From IMG/VR virus record IMGVR_UViG_3300045988_113168: a stretch of 64,000 nt of DNA; one strand, 5' to 3'. A program made the translations under genes and the position numbers. The stretch comes from a virus. Below are positions 8,187 to 17,282 of the stretch, piece by piece. The notes beneath the pieces are model-generated. The model made no database searches. It saw only the letters and a list, made by a program, of their open reading frames with translations, and was not told the DNA's origin. Each line of letters begins with the position of its first letter. Positions within the stretch are counted from its first letter, which is position 1.

Positions 8187-8684
8187 ATGAGTAAGTATAT
8201 TTTGATTACCGTCAACGAACGTAAAATTTTTGAGCCTAGCTATTTTGAAGCTCTTGATGAAGCTCAAATAGAAATGAGAAAACGTGTTAACCAGATTGTA
8301 AATCAGTCTGGTGGAGAAAATTGCGTAGATTTTAAAATCTTCTCTGAAGAAGCTTATGTGACGGACGCTCATTTTGAGCGTGGTGATGGAAATTGGGATT
8401 TCGCTATCTGTGAAATGGCTGATGCGAAAAACGCTGAAAACATTAAAGACGCCAAATTTACTTCTGTGTGGGATGGTGGTTTTGAAATCACCACAACTTG
8501 CAAAGTGAATATGGAGTCGAAAGAGATTTTTGATATTGAAGTGTCGGAATCGAACTCGGATATGGTAGAACAACTTGATGGCGAATGCGTCACTATTGAT
8601 GGAATTGACTATCGCGCAGTTACCGCAGAATATGCCAATCTATATCCAGAAGAGATGGATGAGGAGACCTTCTGGTATGAATGA
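8187..8684 (+). CDS. hypothetical protein
   Basis: ATG 8187 (MSKYILI) after AAGGGAGA, inside track ORF 8139..8684. Confidence 0.65.
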   Translation: MSKYILITVNERKIFEPSYFEALDEAQIEMRKRVNQIVNQSGGENCVDFKIFSEEAYVTDAHFERGDGNWDFAICEMADAKNAENIKDAKFTSVWDGGFEITTTCKVNMESKEIFDIEVSESNSDMVEQLDGECVTIDGIDYRAVTAEYANLYPEEMDEETFWYE

Positions 8685-8802
8685 GAGAGGCACGAGATGG
8701 AGTATATGAAGAGGATGTCTAATTTGAAAATTATAATATGAGAGAAAATTGGGATTTTAAGATTTTCGAAATCTCTAAATAAATTGAAAGGATGTTTTAG
8801 AT

Positions 8803-9669
8803 ATGACTAATTTATATTGCTATGACAATGAGATTATAAAATGGACTTACGACGACAATCTATATTGTTTGCATATTCAGCACGACGACATTGCAGATAA
8901 CAATCCTCGTTGGTGGGATGACCATGATTCTGTAATGGCCTGTTTTCATCCACGTTATCGTCTTGGCGACAAGATTGATGCGAGTACGGCAGAAGAGTTT
9001 TGGAACGATCTGGTTTACAAATATTGTTATGATGATGAAGTTCTTGATGCGCTTTTTAATATGAAGCTGGAAGATACCTGTGTCGTTGTTGATGAGAATT
9101 ACAGTGACGAAAAACGATATGCTATCTGTGGTATCGGAACTCTTTTTAATGAAAAGGTTTCTAATAATCCAATGTATGTTGGATTGAAGTATAACGAAAT
9201 TGCTACATATGTTGCTGGTGAGTTTTCGATTCGCGATTGTCAGATTCTTCTTGATAAGTATATTGCATGGCTTCCTCTTTGGTTGCATGATCATTCTGAT
9301 TTGTCTATGGATTGCGATACGCGATTCAGAGGTTCATGGGATGATAGTAATGTTGGTTGGATTGTGACAGCTATTACGGATGGTTCAGATAATACCAAAA
9401 ATGAAGCAGAACGAATCATGCGTGATGAGGTAAAGGAATACAGTGACTATCTTTCTGGTGAGAACTATGGCTATACGCTTTATCGAGAAGAACACGGAGA
9501 ATGGAAAGAGATTGACAGAGCATTCGGATTTATCGGTTCTGACGTGTTTGAAAACGGTATCACATACAGTGCAGGCTATGGTCTTGAAAAGGAATTAAGG
9601 GAAGATCGATGCCGTATTGGTGATGCAGAAAAGGTTGTGACGGTCACTTATAAATTTGATAAATGTTGA
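8803..9669 (+). CDS. hypothetical protein (288 aa)
   Basis: Track ORF with AAAGGA upstream. No motif recognised with confidence. Confidence 0.7.
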   Translation: MTNLYCYDNEIIKWTYDDNLYCLHIQHDDIADNNPRWWDDHDSVMACFHPRYRLGDKIDASTAEEFWNDLVYKYCYDDEVLDALFNMKLEDTCVVVDENYSDEKRYAICGIGTLFNEKVSNNPMYVGLKYNEIATYVAGEFSIRDCQILLDKYIAWLPLWLHDHSDLSMDCDTRFRGSWDDSNVGWIVTAITDGSDNTKNEAERIMRDEVKEYSDYLSGENYGYTLYREEHGEWKEIDRAFGFIGSDVFENGITYSAGYGLEKELREDRCRIGDAEKVVTVTYKFDKC

Positions 9670-9689
9670 ATTTTAGGAGGAAAATAAAG

Positions 9690-10184
9690 ATGGATGACAA
9701 CATGATGGAACGTCAGATTGCTGATTATATGGTAGAGTATGGCACTAAGAATACAAATTATGGCACATGGGTATTTGAGGTTGATGAACTGGCGAAAAAG
9801 TTCAATATTACAGAGAAATGGATTCAGGAACATGAAGACGGTATTATGTCTGAGCTGTATCTCAGAGAAGAAGTGGCTGACGTTGAACGTGAATTAAGCG
9901 GCAATGATATGACTATCACACTTTTTGATGTGAATTTCTACACCGACTATTGCCCTAACTATATTGAAGACGAACAGGAAAAGGATGATGGCGTAAATCA
10001 ATATTGGTTTGCTGAAACTCGTTGGTGTATCGATGATATTATCGGTATTGCAAAAGACAATGGAATTGAAATGACTCCGCAGCAAGCAGAACAGTGGTGG
10101 AAAAAGAATGAAAATTGGTTCAGAAACGCTCTTGTTGAATATGGTAATGAGATTCTTTTTAATGCAAATTTTAACGAGGTGTAA
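9690..10184 (+). CDS. hypothetical protein, paralogue of 5530..5838 with extra C-terminal domain
   Basis: ATG 9690 after AGGAGGAAA, inside track ORF 9663..10184. Confidence 0.7.
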   Translation: MDDNMMERQIADYMVEYGTKNTNYGTWVFEVDELAKKFNITEKWIQEHEDGIMSELYLREEVADVERELSGNDMTITLFDVNFYTDYCPNYIEDEQEKDDGVNQYWFAETRWCIDDIIGIAKDNGIEMTPQQAEQWWKKNENWFRNALVEYGNEILFNANFNEV

Positions 10185-10187
10185 GGT

Positions 10188-10502
10188 ATGTTTGTGGTGG
10201 TTAGAGATTATTACGATGAGGATGTAATGGCTTTTCCTAAATTCGAAATTTGTAAGACGTTTATTGATGCTCGATTTGCAGTTGGTTACGCCGACAATCT
10301 ATATTCTGATTATAAAAATGAAAATCGAGATGAAGATGCGAGTTACGACTTGGATAAGATTGATTTATATCCTTCAAAAGATGATTGTGAAAACATTTGT
10401 GGTTTGCGAGTAAAACCGAACCCCAAATATATTGTTGGTGAATATGCTACGAATTGTTTTGGTGATGGATACCATAATTACTATTGTGTTGTTGAAGTAT
10501 AA
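10188..10502 (+). CDS. hypothetical protein
   Basis: Track ORF with GAGGTG upstream. Confidence 0.65.
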   Translation: MFVVVRDYYDEDVMAFPKFEICKTFIDARFAVGYADNLYSDYKNENRDEDASYDLDKIDLYPSKDDCENICGLRVKPNPKYIVGEYATNCFGDGYHNYYCVVEV

Positions 10503-10517
10503 AAGGAGAGTTTTATT

Positions 10518-10703
10518 ATGAAATACGACACTCAAGCGATGGCTGAGGTCCTTTGTAAAACAGCAGGCGTTGAATATAGCTCTGATTTGGAAAAATTGCT
10601 ATACCATTTAGATATTCAAGCACAAAATCCTTACAATGCAGATTTTCGGCGTACAGGTTTGGCTATCATTGTAAAAGTGTGTGAGGAGTTGGAAAAACGA
10701 TAA
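10518..10703 (+). CDS. hypothetical small protein
   Basis: Track ORF with AAGGAGAG upstream. Confidence 0.6.
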   Translation: MKYDTQAMAEVLCKTAGVEYSSDLEKLLYHLDIQAQNPYNADFRRTGLAIIVKVCEELEKR

Positions 10704-10897
10704 TGTATTATCATCTTGAATACTCTGTCAGACACTTTATGTACGGCGATACATATAGAGGACATGAAATATATCCAACAAAAGAACTGCGTGATGCAGA
10801 GATTGACTGGATGAAAACGTGTTACAGCAGACTGACCGAGCTTGTCTATGCAACGTATGAAACCGAAACGCTTGGTGAAGATAAGATAATAATATAA
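10703..10897 (+). CDS. hypothetical small protein
   Basis: Track ORF with TAATG overlap to the upstream gene. Confidence 0.55.
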   Translation: MYYHLEYSVRHFMYGDTYRGHEIYPTKELRDAEIDWMKTCYSRLTELVYATYETETLGEDKIII

Positions 10898-10910
10898 AGG
10901 AGAAAGATAT

Positions 10911-11171
10911 ATGTATAATGTTGATGAACATGATTTCAAAGTCAAAATTCATGATGGCTGGCTGATTGCTACGGAATCGGCAGATAAAGAAAGCTATCCA
11001 GGAATGGGAATTTTTTACTCGAAAGACGGGGAAACATTTTCATGGAACGATTTGATTACAATTGTTGAACAGGATGCAGAAAATGATAAGATTCGGACTG
11101 ATCTATATAAGAAAGGCCGCGAAGATTGTTGCTATGTTTTTGATTACGAAGATGGAGAATTGATAGAGTGA
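10911..11171 (+). CDS. hypothetical protein (paralogue of next gene)
   Basis: Track ORF with AAGGAGAAA upstream. Shares DG(E/K)TF..DLI with 11168..11389. Confidence 0.65.
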   Translation: MYNVDEHDFKVKIHDGWLIATESADKESYPGMGIFYSKDGETFSWNDLITIVEQDAENDKIRTDLYKKGREDCCYVFDYEDGELIE

Positions 11172-11389
11172 ACGTTATGATGAAAAGTTGCTTCAATAGA
11201 AATTTCTTCAAATTTAAAACAAGGTCTGGGTACATTATTATTTTGACTTCAACGGATAAAAATGGGCACATGACTGCATTTGCATTTAGCTCAGTCGATG
11301 GAAAAACTTTTCATCCGTGGGATTTGATTAAGGTTTTTGATAACGAGGACGAGCGTATGGCAGATTTCAATTATGACGACATGAGGTGA
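11168..11389 (+). CDS. hypothetical protein (paralogue of previous gene)
   Basis: GTG 11168 overlaps the upstream stop. ATG 11177 is an alternative start. Confidence 0.55.
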   Translation: MNVMMKSCFNRNFFKFKTRSGYIIILTSTDKNGHMTAFAFSSVDGKTFHPWDLIKVFDNEDERMADFNYDDMR

Positions 11390-11394
11390 GAGTT

Positions 11395-11712
11395 ATGACT
11401 GCACGTGAAATTGCAAGAGATTTTATTTCTAAGATGAATCCATGTAGATGGAATGGACGTGGATACAAACCGGATACATTTAATGATAAAGATCAGATTA
11501 AATATCATGTAGATGGTCACCCTGAAATTGATGTGGATGTTTATTATGAATATGATGCTGGCGATAATAGCTGGTGGCATTTTTGTGATGCACGTGATAA
11601 TGCTTCTGGCGATAAAATTCTTGGTGTATGTAATCCTAATGTTTGGTCTATTGATGCAATTGAAGAATCTGTTAAATATTTATTTAACAAAATGAATATT
11701 GAAATTAAATAA
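11395..11712 (+). CDS. hypothetical protein (N-terminal motif shared with 4315..4620)
   Basis: ATG 11395 after GAGGTGAG, inside track ORF 11386..11712. Confidence 0.65.
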   Translation: MTAREIARDFISKMNPCRWNGRGYKPDTFNDKDQIKYHVDGHPEIDVDVYYEYDAGDNSWWHFCDARDNASGDKILGVCNPNVWSIDAIEESVKYLFNKMNIEIK

Positions 11713-11728
11713 AATCGAGGTTTTAAAA

Positions 11729-11974
11729 ATGTGGACTTTTAATAGGATTTATTTTCGGGAAAGTTGTATTTTGCTTGTTGAGGAGGACGGAGAAAAGAGT
11801 GCGATCACAACAAGTGTATATGACTTAATAAGAATGTACAATAACGGTGAGAGTGAATGTCCTAGTGATAACGCAAAGGTTATTTATTGCTCGATTTTTA
11901 ATGTAAAAATGAAATGTAAAACGTTCAAAGATTTTATGGATATGCTTGAGAAAATTGTAGCTGATTGTTGTTGA
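11729..11974 (+). CDS. hypothetical protein
   Basis: ATG 11729 after CGAGG, inside track ORF 11699..11974. Confidence 0.55.
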   Translation: MWTFNRIYFRESCILLVEEDGEKSAITTSVYDLIRMYNNGESECPSDNAKVIYCSIFNVKMKCKTFKDFMDMLEKIVADCC

Positions 11975-11984
11975 GGTTTTAGAT

Positions 11985-12242
11985 ATGAAAAGTTATTTAT
12001 TTGATATGAATAATGTATTTTGTATTACGACAGAAGCAAGCAAAAAGATTGTTGTTTTTGATGAAGATTTTACAAGCAAGGATGTAGTTCTTTATTATTT
12101 GTGTAAACGAATTGTTGACCTCGAAAATGCTGGTTATTTAGTTTGCGGGGTCACAGAATTAAATCCAGATGGTTCTCATCCGAAGGTTGCGTTTCGTAAT
12201 ACGAAAGAATATAAGAGAGCTAAAAAGGAGTATAAATTGTGA
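11985..12242 (+). CDS. hypothetical protein
   Basis: Track ORF with GAGG upstream. Confidence 0.6.
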   Translation: MKSYLFDMNNVFCITTEASKKIVVFDEDFTSKDVVLYYLCKRIVDLENAGYLVCGVTELNPDGSHPKVAFRNTKEYKRAKKEYKL

Positions 12243-12448
12243 TGAATGTCAATGAAATTCGTTACTTTGAACGCAAGATGACCGACAGTGCATTCGACGA
12301 TGCGGTGAAATACGATCCAGCGATTGCAGTTCGTGCAAAGCGAGCATGGGTTATGAAGATGCAAGGGCTGATTTCGTTCCGGGAGTACATTTCTTGTTTG
12401 CAAGATATCACAGGCAATGCACGACTGTTCTGGAAATACCAGTTTTGA
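12242..12448 (+). CDS. hypothetical small protein
   Basis: ATG 12242 overlaps the upstream TGA (GTGATGA). AAGGAG lies upstream. Confidence 0.6.
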   Translation: MNVNEIRYFERKMTDSAFDDAVKYDPAIAVRAKRAWVMKMQGLISFREYISCLQDITGNARLFWKYQF

Positions 12449-12478
12449 TAAAACAGTTCTTTTAGGAGGAAAAATAAT

Positions 12479-12724
12479 ATGAACGAGAAGCGATTTGCAA
12501 TCGATACACCAATTGGGAAGATCGTGGCAGAGGGTTTGATCGAACCATATCCTGAGATTGTGATTTACCTTAAAAGAAACGATGGAGAGGTAATCAGTCT
12601 GTCCAGTATCAATTATGACATTGGTGGTAATATTGAAAGTTATCTTTGGATGGATGTACTCAGTGATGAATATACAGACCATAAGACCTGGCCGTTTGAA
12701 GAGTTGACCGTAGATTTTTCTTAA
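12479..12724 (+). CDS. hypothetical protein
   Basis: Track ORF with AGGAGGAAA upstream. Confidence 0.65.
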   Translation: MNEKRFAIDTPIGKIVAEGLIEPYPEIVIYLKRNDGEVISLSSINYDIGGNIESYLWMDVLSDEYTDHKTWPFEELTVDFS

Positions 12725-12747
12725 CAAATAAAAAGGAGTAAAACAAA

Positions 12748-14052
12748 ATGGCTACTAACAATTCTATGACCAAAATAACATCTAAGCCCTTTGGTGTACT
12801 GAATGTGGATGTTTATCAGAATGATAAGCACCAGTATTACATGACCCGTGAACAAATTGGTGCGGCGCTGGAGTACAGTGATCCTAGAATTGCTATTTAC
12901 AAAATTCATCAGCGCAATGCAGACCGCCTTGATCCATTGAGCTCCGTAACCAAACTGGTTACTCAGGTTGGAAATCATACAGAAGAACGCGAATTGTTCT
13001 GTTACAATCTGCGTGGCGTAATGGAAATCTGCCGCTTCTCTCGCCAGCCGAAGGCTGATGCGTTCATGGATTTCTGCTGGGACATTATGGAATCCTTGAT
13101 GCGTGGTGATTCTGTTCTGGCTACTCCTAAGATGGATGCTGTGTTGAGCAAGGAGTTTATTGACGTAAGACTTCACGCTTTGTTTGATAGCATGAAGAAT
13201 CTTCAGAGTGAACTTGATTCCACTCGTAAGGAGCTCAGTGAACAGATTGAGGAAGCTCGTGCTACTAGCAACGAAGCGCTGAATGTAATCAGCAGCGTAT
13301 CTCAGTGTGTCCATCAGATTAAGGACAAGCAAATGGATAACGCGATTCGTGCTAAAAACTATACTCCTCGCAATGGTTTTCAGGATGAAATGAGTGACTG
13401 GCGTAAAGATTTGTATAGCAAGATTGGTGTGATTGCAAACACCAAAGGCTACACGAACAAAGAGACGCTTCACAAAATCTATGAATATCTGAATCGTAAT
13501 TATGGTTTCGTTTTGGAAGATGCTCGTGCAAAGTATATTAAGAGAACGAATCGTAGCGGGAAAATCTCTACGATTGACATTATTGAAGAGGATTCTACTT
13601 GGAAATCTATTATGGGTGCTGTTGTTGAAGATATGTACGCGGCATCTATTGAGCGTCTGCATCAGAATCAGAATGAACTTCGTCCGGTTTTGAAAACTAT
13701 TGAAGCAGCTCCAGAAGTGAATGTAAACGACGATCCTGTGGTTGAAGTTGAAGTTAAAGAAGTTGTGGATGAGAAGCCTAAGAAACAGAGTGAAATGGCA
13801 ACTCGTCTGGTTCCGATTATTGAACCGTTGGCTCAAAAACTCGGTGATAAAACTATTCATTATCATAAAACCTATCGTATGGTTTACAACAAGATTGGAT
13901 TCACTAAGATGGAAAACATGATGAAGCAGTATAAGCGTATTCATGGTCGTGTTCCGAGTCCCAAGACAAAAGTATTCCTTGAGAATGACAAGGCTATGCG
14001 GATGTTCAAGAAAGCGGTTAAAGAGCTGATGAAAGAGCAGGAGAGTAAGTAA
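12748..14052 (+). CDS. Bro-N domain protein (antirepressor-like)
   Basis: The N-terminal 120 aa fit the Bro-N pattern: FG..NVDVY, MTREQIGAALEY, and LRGVMEICRFSRQPKADAFMDFCWDIMESL resembling the conserved E.GlY.L...S..p.A..F..WV helix. The C-terminal 300 aa are coiled-coil-like and unassigned. Confidence 0.6.
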   Translation: MATNNSMTKITSKPFGVLNVDVYQNDKHQYYMTREQIGAALEYSDPRIAIYKIHQRNADRLDPLSSVTKLVTQVGNHTEERELFCYNLRGVMEICRFSRQPKADAFMDFCWDIMESLMRGDSVLATPKMDAVLSKEFIDVRLHALFDSMKNLQSELDSTRKELSEQIEEARATSNEALNVISSVSQCVHQIKDKQMDNAIRAKNYTPRNGFQDEMSDWRKDLYSKIGVIANTKGYTNKETLHKIYEYLNRNYGFVLEDARAKYIKRTNRSGKISTIDIIEEDSTWKSIMGAVVEDMYAASIERLHQNQNELRPVLKTIEAAPEVNVNDDPVVEVEVKEVVDEKPKKQSEMATRLVPIIEPLAQKLGDKTIHYHKTYRMVYNKIGFTKMENMMKQYKRIHGRVPSPKTKVFLENDKAMRMFKKAVKELMKEQESK

Positions 14053-14672
14053 TGTATGTAATCTCGAATGGTCACAACTATATTATGAAACGGAAGGGAG
14101 GTCGAATTTGCGCCACCTGTGATATCAATCTGGCATTACAGTTTGAATCTAAGGGACTGGCGATTTGTGAGATCAACAAGCTTCCCGCCGGATATAAGAA
14201 TGGACACTACGCGCCAAAGTCTATAGATAAGGCTACCATCGCTGGCAAGAGTCTGAATATAACGGCTCCGGCTGACAAGCAGAATACATACGCATTTCAG
14301 ATTGAAGATTCCGAATGGCTTGCGAAACTTAAAAAGGATTTGGTTATTACGGATAGGACTATGTGTAATCTGAATGAAACGTATTCAAAAGTGTATGGTG
14401 ACCTGACTGCCGCAGGCGACGAGATTGATGATTTGGAACACGCTATTGAGTTCAAGATTGTAAATGCAGCGCAAGGTTATCAGCTTATGGCAGAACTTAA
14501 AAGGGCTCGCCAGAAGCGTAGGGAAGCTAAGGATGCAAAGTTTTTGCTTGAAATCATTATGAATGAAAAAGATAAGGGCTGGGTAGATGGTAGGTTGGAA
14601 ACTGCTATTGAACAACTTGGCAATCGTAAGTTTACTCCGAAGATTCGTAACGATTTGTTTGAAAAGAATTGA
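14052..14672 (+). CDS. hypothetical protein
   Basis: Track ORF with TAATG overlap to the upstream gene. Confidence 0.65.
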   Translation: MYVISNGHNYIMKRKGGRICATCDINLALQFESKGLAICEINKLPAGYKNGHYAPKSIDKATIAGKSLNITAPADKQNTYAFQIEDSEWLAKLKKDLVITDRTMCNLNETYSKVYGDLTAAGDEIDDLEHAIEFKIVNAAQGYQLMAELKRARQKRREAKDAKFLLEIIMNEKDKGWVDGRLETAIEQLGNRKFTPKIRNDLFEKN

Positions 14673-14681
14673 GGTACATAA

Positions 14682-14925
14682 ATGCCTACTATTAGAGGAA
14701 ATGGACACTGTAAGGTTTGTGGCTCTCCTGCCGCTGTAAATCATGAGTATTGCGATCATTGCCGTAGAATGGTAAGAATCGAAGCACGACAGGCTTACGA
14801 AAGAAAGAAAGAGACGAGAACAGAAACGAAATGAAAAGCCGGTATTGACATTCAGTGATGTTGTAAAACTTGCAAATGCTGAAGGATTGTCTTACGGAAA
14901 ATATTGCTTAAAGTATGGAATTTGA
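14682..14925 (+). pseudogene. Zn-ribbon / basic linker / HTH-like small protein split by a +1 frame change in (GAAA)3
   Basis: Frame A 14682-14834 encodes a CxxC...CxxC ribbon plus basic tail and ends at TGA. The +1 frame is open 14776-14925 and ends in an HTH-like segment (LTFSDVVKLANAEGLSYGKY) with no start codon or SD. Both frames are open across GAAAGAAAGAAA at 14799-14810. Confidence 0.45.
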
Positions 14926-14935
14926 GGTGAATATA

Positions 14936-15754
14936 ATGAGTGCAGCTGTTGAAAGAAAAGAAGAACAGATATCTAAATTGATTTATTTTAATCCGAAGCC
15001 TTCTGTTCCGGCTAAAAAACGTGGTGCTACAAAAAGTAAGCAGAAGCGTAAGCGTAATATTTCTCCAATTAGAAGCTTGGATGATGTTCAAATGATTTCA
15101 GAATACTTCTGGGATAAAAAGCAATATCGCAATTGGTGTCTATTTAATGTCGGTATTGCAACTGGGTTGCGTGCTAGTGACTTGCTTAAATTGAAAGTTT
15201 CTGATATGTCTTACTGTCTTTATAATGGAAAAATTGAGGTGGTTGAAGACGCTGGAGTATGCATCGTTGAAGAAAAAACATCCAAGTATCGCGAAATTAT
15301 TCTTACTCCAGAAGCGAGGGACATTGTTGAAACATACATCAAGATTGTGAATCTTGGATATGATGATTGGATGTTTCCGTCTCGACAAGGGAGTTGGAAA
15401 AAGTCGTTGAGGACAAATGGTGGAGATGGGAAAACTGGTATTCCTCATATTGCAGAACCTAAAAAGGCCGGTGATCCTATTGATGTTGATTCTTTTGCTC
15501 GTATTCTTCGTAATGCTGGTAAGGATTTAGGTCTTAATTATAAGATTGCTTCTCACTCTTGCCGTAAGACGTTTGGTTATCGTGAAATGTGCCTTAACAA
15601 GGATGACAATCAGGCACTGTCTTGGATTCAGAGTCAGTTGAATCATAGTAGCCAGGATATTACATTACGGTACGTTGGTTTTGATGAGGATAAGACAAAA
15701 GAATATTATAAGAAGACTTTTTATGGTGTGAATACACACAGCTTGGAAGACTGA
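14936..15754 (+). CDS. tyrosine recombinase / phage integrase family
   Basis: ATG 14936 after GAGGTGA. Box I is ATGLRASDL (Arg). Also EEKTSKYREI (Lys), HSCRKTFG (HxxR) and LNHSSQDITLRYV (His/Tyr), so the catalytic set appears complete. Confidence 0.8.
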   Translation: MSAAVERKEEQISKLIYFNPKPSVPAKKRGATKSKQKRKRNISPIRSLDDVQMISEYFWDKKQYRNWCLFNVGIATGLRASDLLKLKVSDMSYCLYNGKIEVVEDAGVCIVEEKTSKYREIILTPEARDIVETYIKIVNLGYDDWMFPSRQGSWKKSLRTNGGDGKTGIPHIAEPKKAGDPIDVDSFARILRNAGKDLGLNYKIASHSCRKTFGYREMCLNKDDNQALSWIQSQLNHSSQDITLRYVGFDEDKTKEYYKKTFYGVNTHSLED

Positions 15755-15759
15755 GGTGT

Positions 15760-16437
15760 ATGATGGCTGATACTTATATTAAAATCTGGGATACTTATGA
15801 GAGCTACTTTGAACCCCTTAGTGCTGCAGAGGTGGGGCGTCTGGTACTGGCGATGATGAAATATAAATCGTCTGGAACGGAGCCTGAACTCAACGGAAAT
15901 GAGCGGTATGTGTGGCCTGCCGTGAAGAGAGATTTGGATAAAGATGCCGAATACATCGAAGGTAAGAGAATTTCTGGTAAAGCTGGTGGCTCATCAAGCA
16001 AGCGTAAGCAAAACGAAGCAAACGCAAGCAAAACAAAGCTAGAAAAAGAAAAAGAGAAAGAAAAAGATAAGATATCGTCTTCGTCTTGTGATGAGACGAC
16101 AACGACGAAACCTATCGAGGATGTTTTCCGAGAGAATATCGGGAAGCTTGGTGCTACTGGTCGAAAGGCTTTAGCAGAATATGTTGAGCGCATGGGTGAC
16201 GAACTTGTGCTTGCTGTGATTGGTAAGTGTTCTGATCTCGGCGGTAGCACATGGGCTTATGTGCGAAAAGCTCTGGATGAAGCAGAATCTCTTGGTTGCA
16301 AGACTGCTGATGATTATCGCCGGGCTTGTCCGATAGGGAGTGGTCGTAATCTTAGAGTGAGTAAGGAGATGCCTAGTTGTGGTGATTGGCTGAAGAACGC
16401 GACGCATAGACGTCCGCTGATAAAGAAAGACGCTTAA
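15760..16437 (+). CDS. DnaD-domain replication protein (replisome organiser-like)
   Basis: The C-terminal segment FRENIGKLGATGRKALAEYVERMGDELVLAVIGKCSDLGGSTWAYVRKALDEAESLGCKT fits the DnaD/DnaB_2 C-terminal pattern. A low-complexity Lys/Glu/Ser linker is present. Confidence 0.55.
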   Translation: MMADTYIKIWDTYESYFEPLSAAEVGRLVLAMMKYKSSGTEPELNGNERYVWPAVKRDLDKDAEYIEGKRISGKAGGSSSKRKQNEANASKTKLEKEKEKEKDKISSSSCDETTTTKPIEDVFRENIGKLGATGRKALAEYVERMGDELVLAVIGKCSDLGGSTWAYVRKALDEAESLGCKTADDYRRACPIGSGRNLRVSKEMPSCGDWLKNATHRRPLIKKDA

Positions 16438-16460
16438 AAGTAATATTTTAGGAGGAGCTT

Positions 16461-16652
16461 ATGGGTAATTGGTACAAAGTATCAGGTCAATACGATGACG
16501 GTTGTAAGGTGTATAAGAAAGACTATATCGTCTTTGCAGAGTCCAGCTCTGATGCAGAACAAAAGATTTTTCACTTGAAATTGCCGTATGATTGTTCTTT
16601 TTTTCCTTGCACGGTAACTCAGTTGATTAAAAATATTATTTATGAATTTTAA
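16461..16652 (+). CDS. hypothetical small protein
   Basis: Track ORF with AGGAGGAG upstream. Confidence 0.6.
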   Translation: MGNWYKVSGQYDDGCKVYKKDYIVFAESSSDAEQKIFHLKLPYDCSFFPCTVTQLIKNIIYEF

Positions 16653-16680
16653 TAAAAGAGTGATTTTAGTGGAGGAGAGT

Positions 16681-16851
16681 ATGAGTGAAGCTGAATATAT
16701 TGAGAAAATCAGACGCTTAGAGATGACGGTTGAAGAACAAAATAAACTGATCAGAAAAGCTTATTGCGATTGGGTGGCGCTAGTAGCCTTTTTAACAGCA
16801 GTTATGTTGTCATATTATATTTTCTTTGGAGTTATTGTTTCTTTAAGTTGA
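16681..16851 (+). CDS. small tail-anchored membrane protein
   Basis: ATG 16681 after GGAGGAGAG. The C-terminal hydrophobic segment is WVALVAFLTAVMLSYYIFFGVIV. Confidence 0.55.
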   Translation: MSEAEYIEKIRRLEMTVEEQNKLIRKAYCDWVALVAFLTAVMLSYYIFFGVIVSLS

Positions 16852-16866
16852 TTGGAGGTTTGAATT

Positions 16867-17268
16867 ATGGGACTGTTACTTGGTTTGGGTCTGCTTGGCG
16901 CAGCGTTTGGTATTGACGCAGTAAAGCAAGCGCCGTTTGATAGAGCGTATCGCCGTCTCGAAAACGAATGGGGCACTTGTACATCAGAGGAGAATAAGCG
17001 GTGCGACGCTCTAAAGTATGCTGTACAGAACGGCTTGTGTTTCGAGGACGAGAAGAAGCCTGTTATCGAATGGAAGAAACTGAGAGATCTTCAGTGGAAG
17101 TATCAGTTGGCCGGTATTTCTTGGCCGAGAGAATCTGCAATTCGAGATGTGTGTCGTTTGGCGGCTCGTGACCGTGGATTTGAGTATAAAGGGTATCTGC
17201 GAAACACATTGACGTTTGGTTATATCACTGATCCGAAAAACATTTGCAAGCTTGGTATTGTAGATTGA
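16867..17268 (+). CDS. hypothetical protein with N-terminal hydrophobic segment
   Basis: Track ORF with GGAGG upstream. Starts MGLLLGLGLLGAAFG. Confidence 0.65.
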   Translation: MGLLLGLGLLGAAFGIDAVKQAPFDRAYRRLENEWGTCTSEENKRCDALKYAVQNGLCFEDEKKPVIEWKKLRDLQWKYQLAGISWPRESAIRDVCRLAARDRGFEYKGYLRNTLTFGYITDPKNICKLGIVD

Positions 17269-17282
17269 GAGGAGATTTGAAA

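Noticed and set aside
8745-8775. A short palindrome AGATTT-TCG-AAATCT in the 8685-8802 gap, as a possible terminator.
   Set aside because: It has a 6-bp AT-rich stem with a 3-nt loop and no T-run, so it is too weak to call.
12721-13944. 407-aa minus-strand ORF. Similar long minus-strand ORFs lie at 43260..44570, 54935..55948 and 30360..30959.
   Set aside because: Each lies entirely antisense to a + strand gene with recognisable motifs (Bro-N, RecD-like helicase, SPFH, SSB-like). Their translations are low-complexity and rich in Ile, Phe, Leu and Asn, and they have no SD. They are shadow ORFs.
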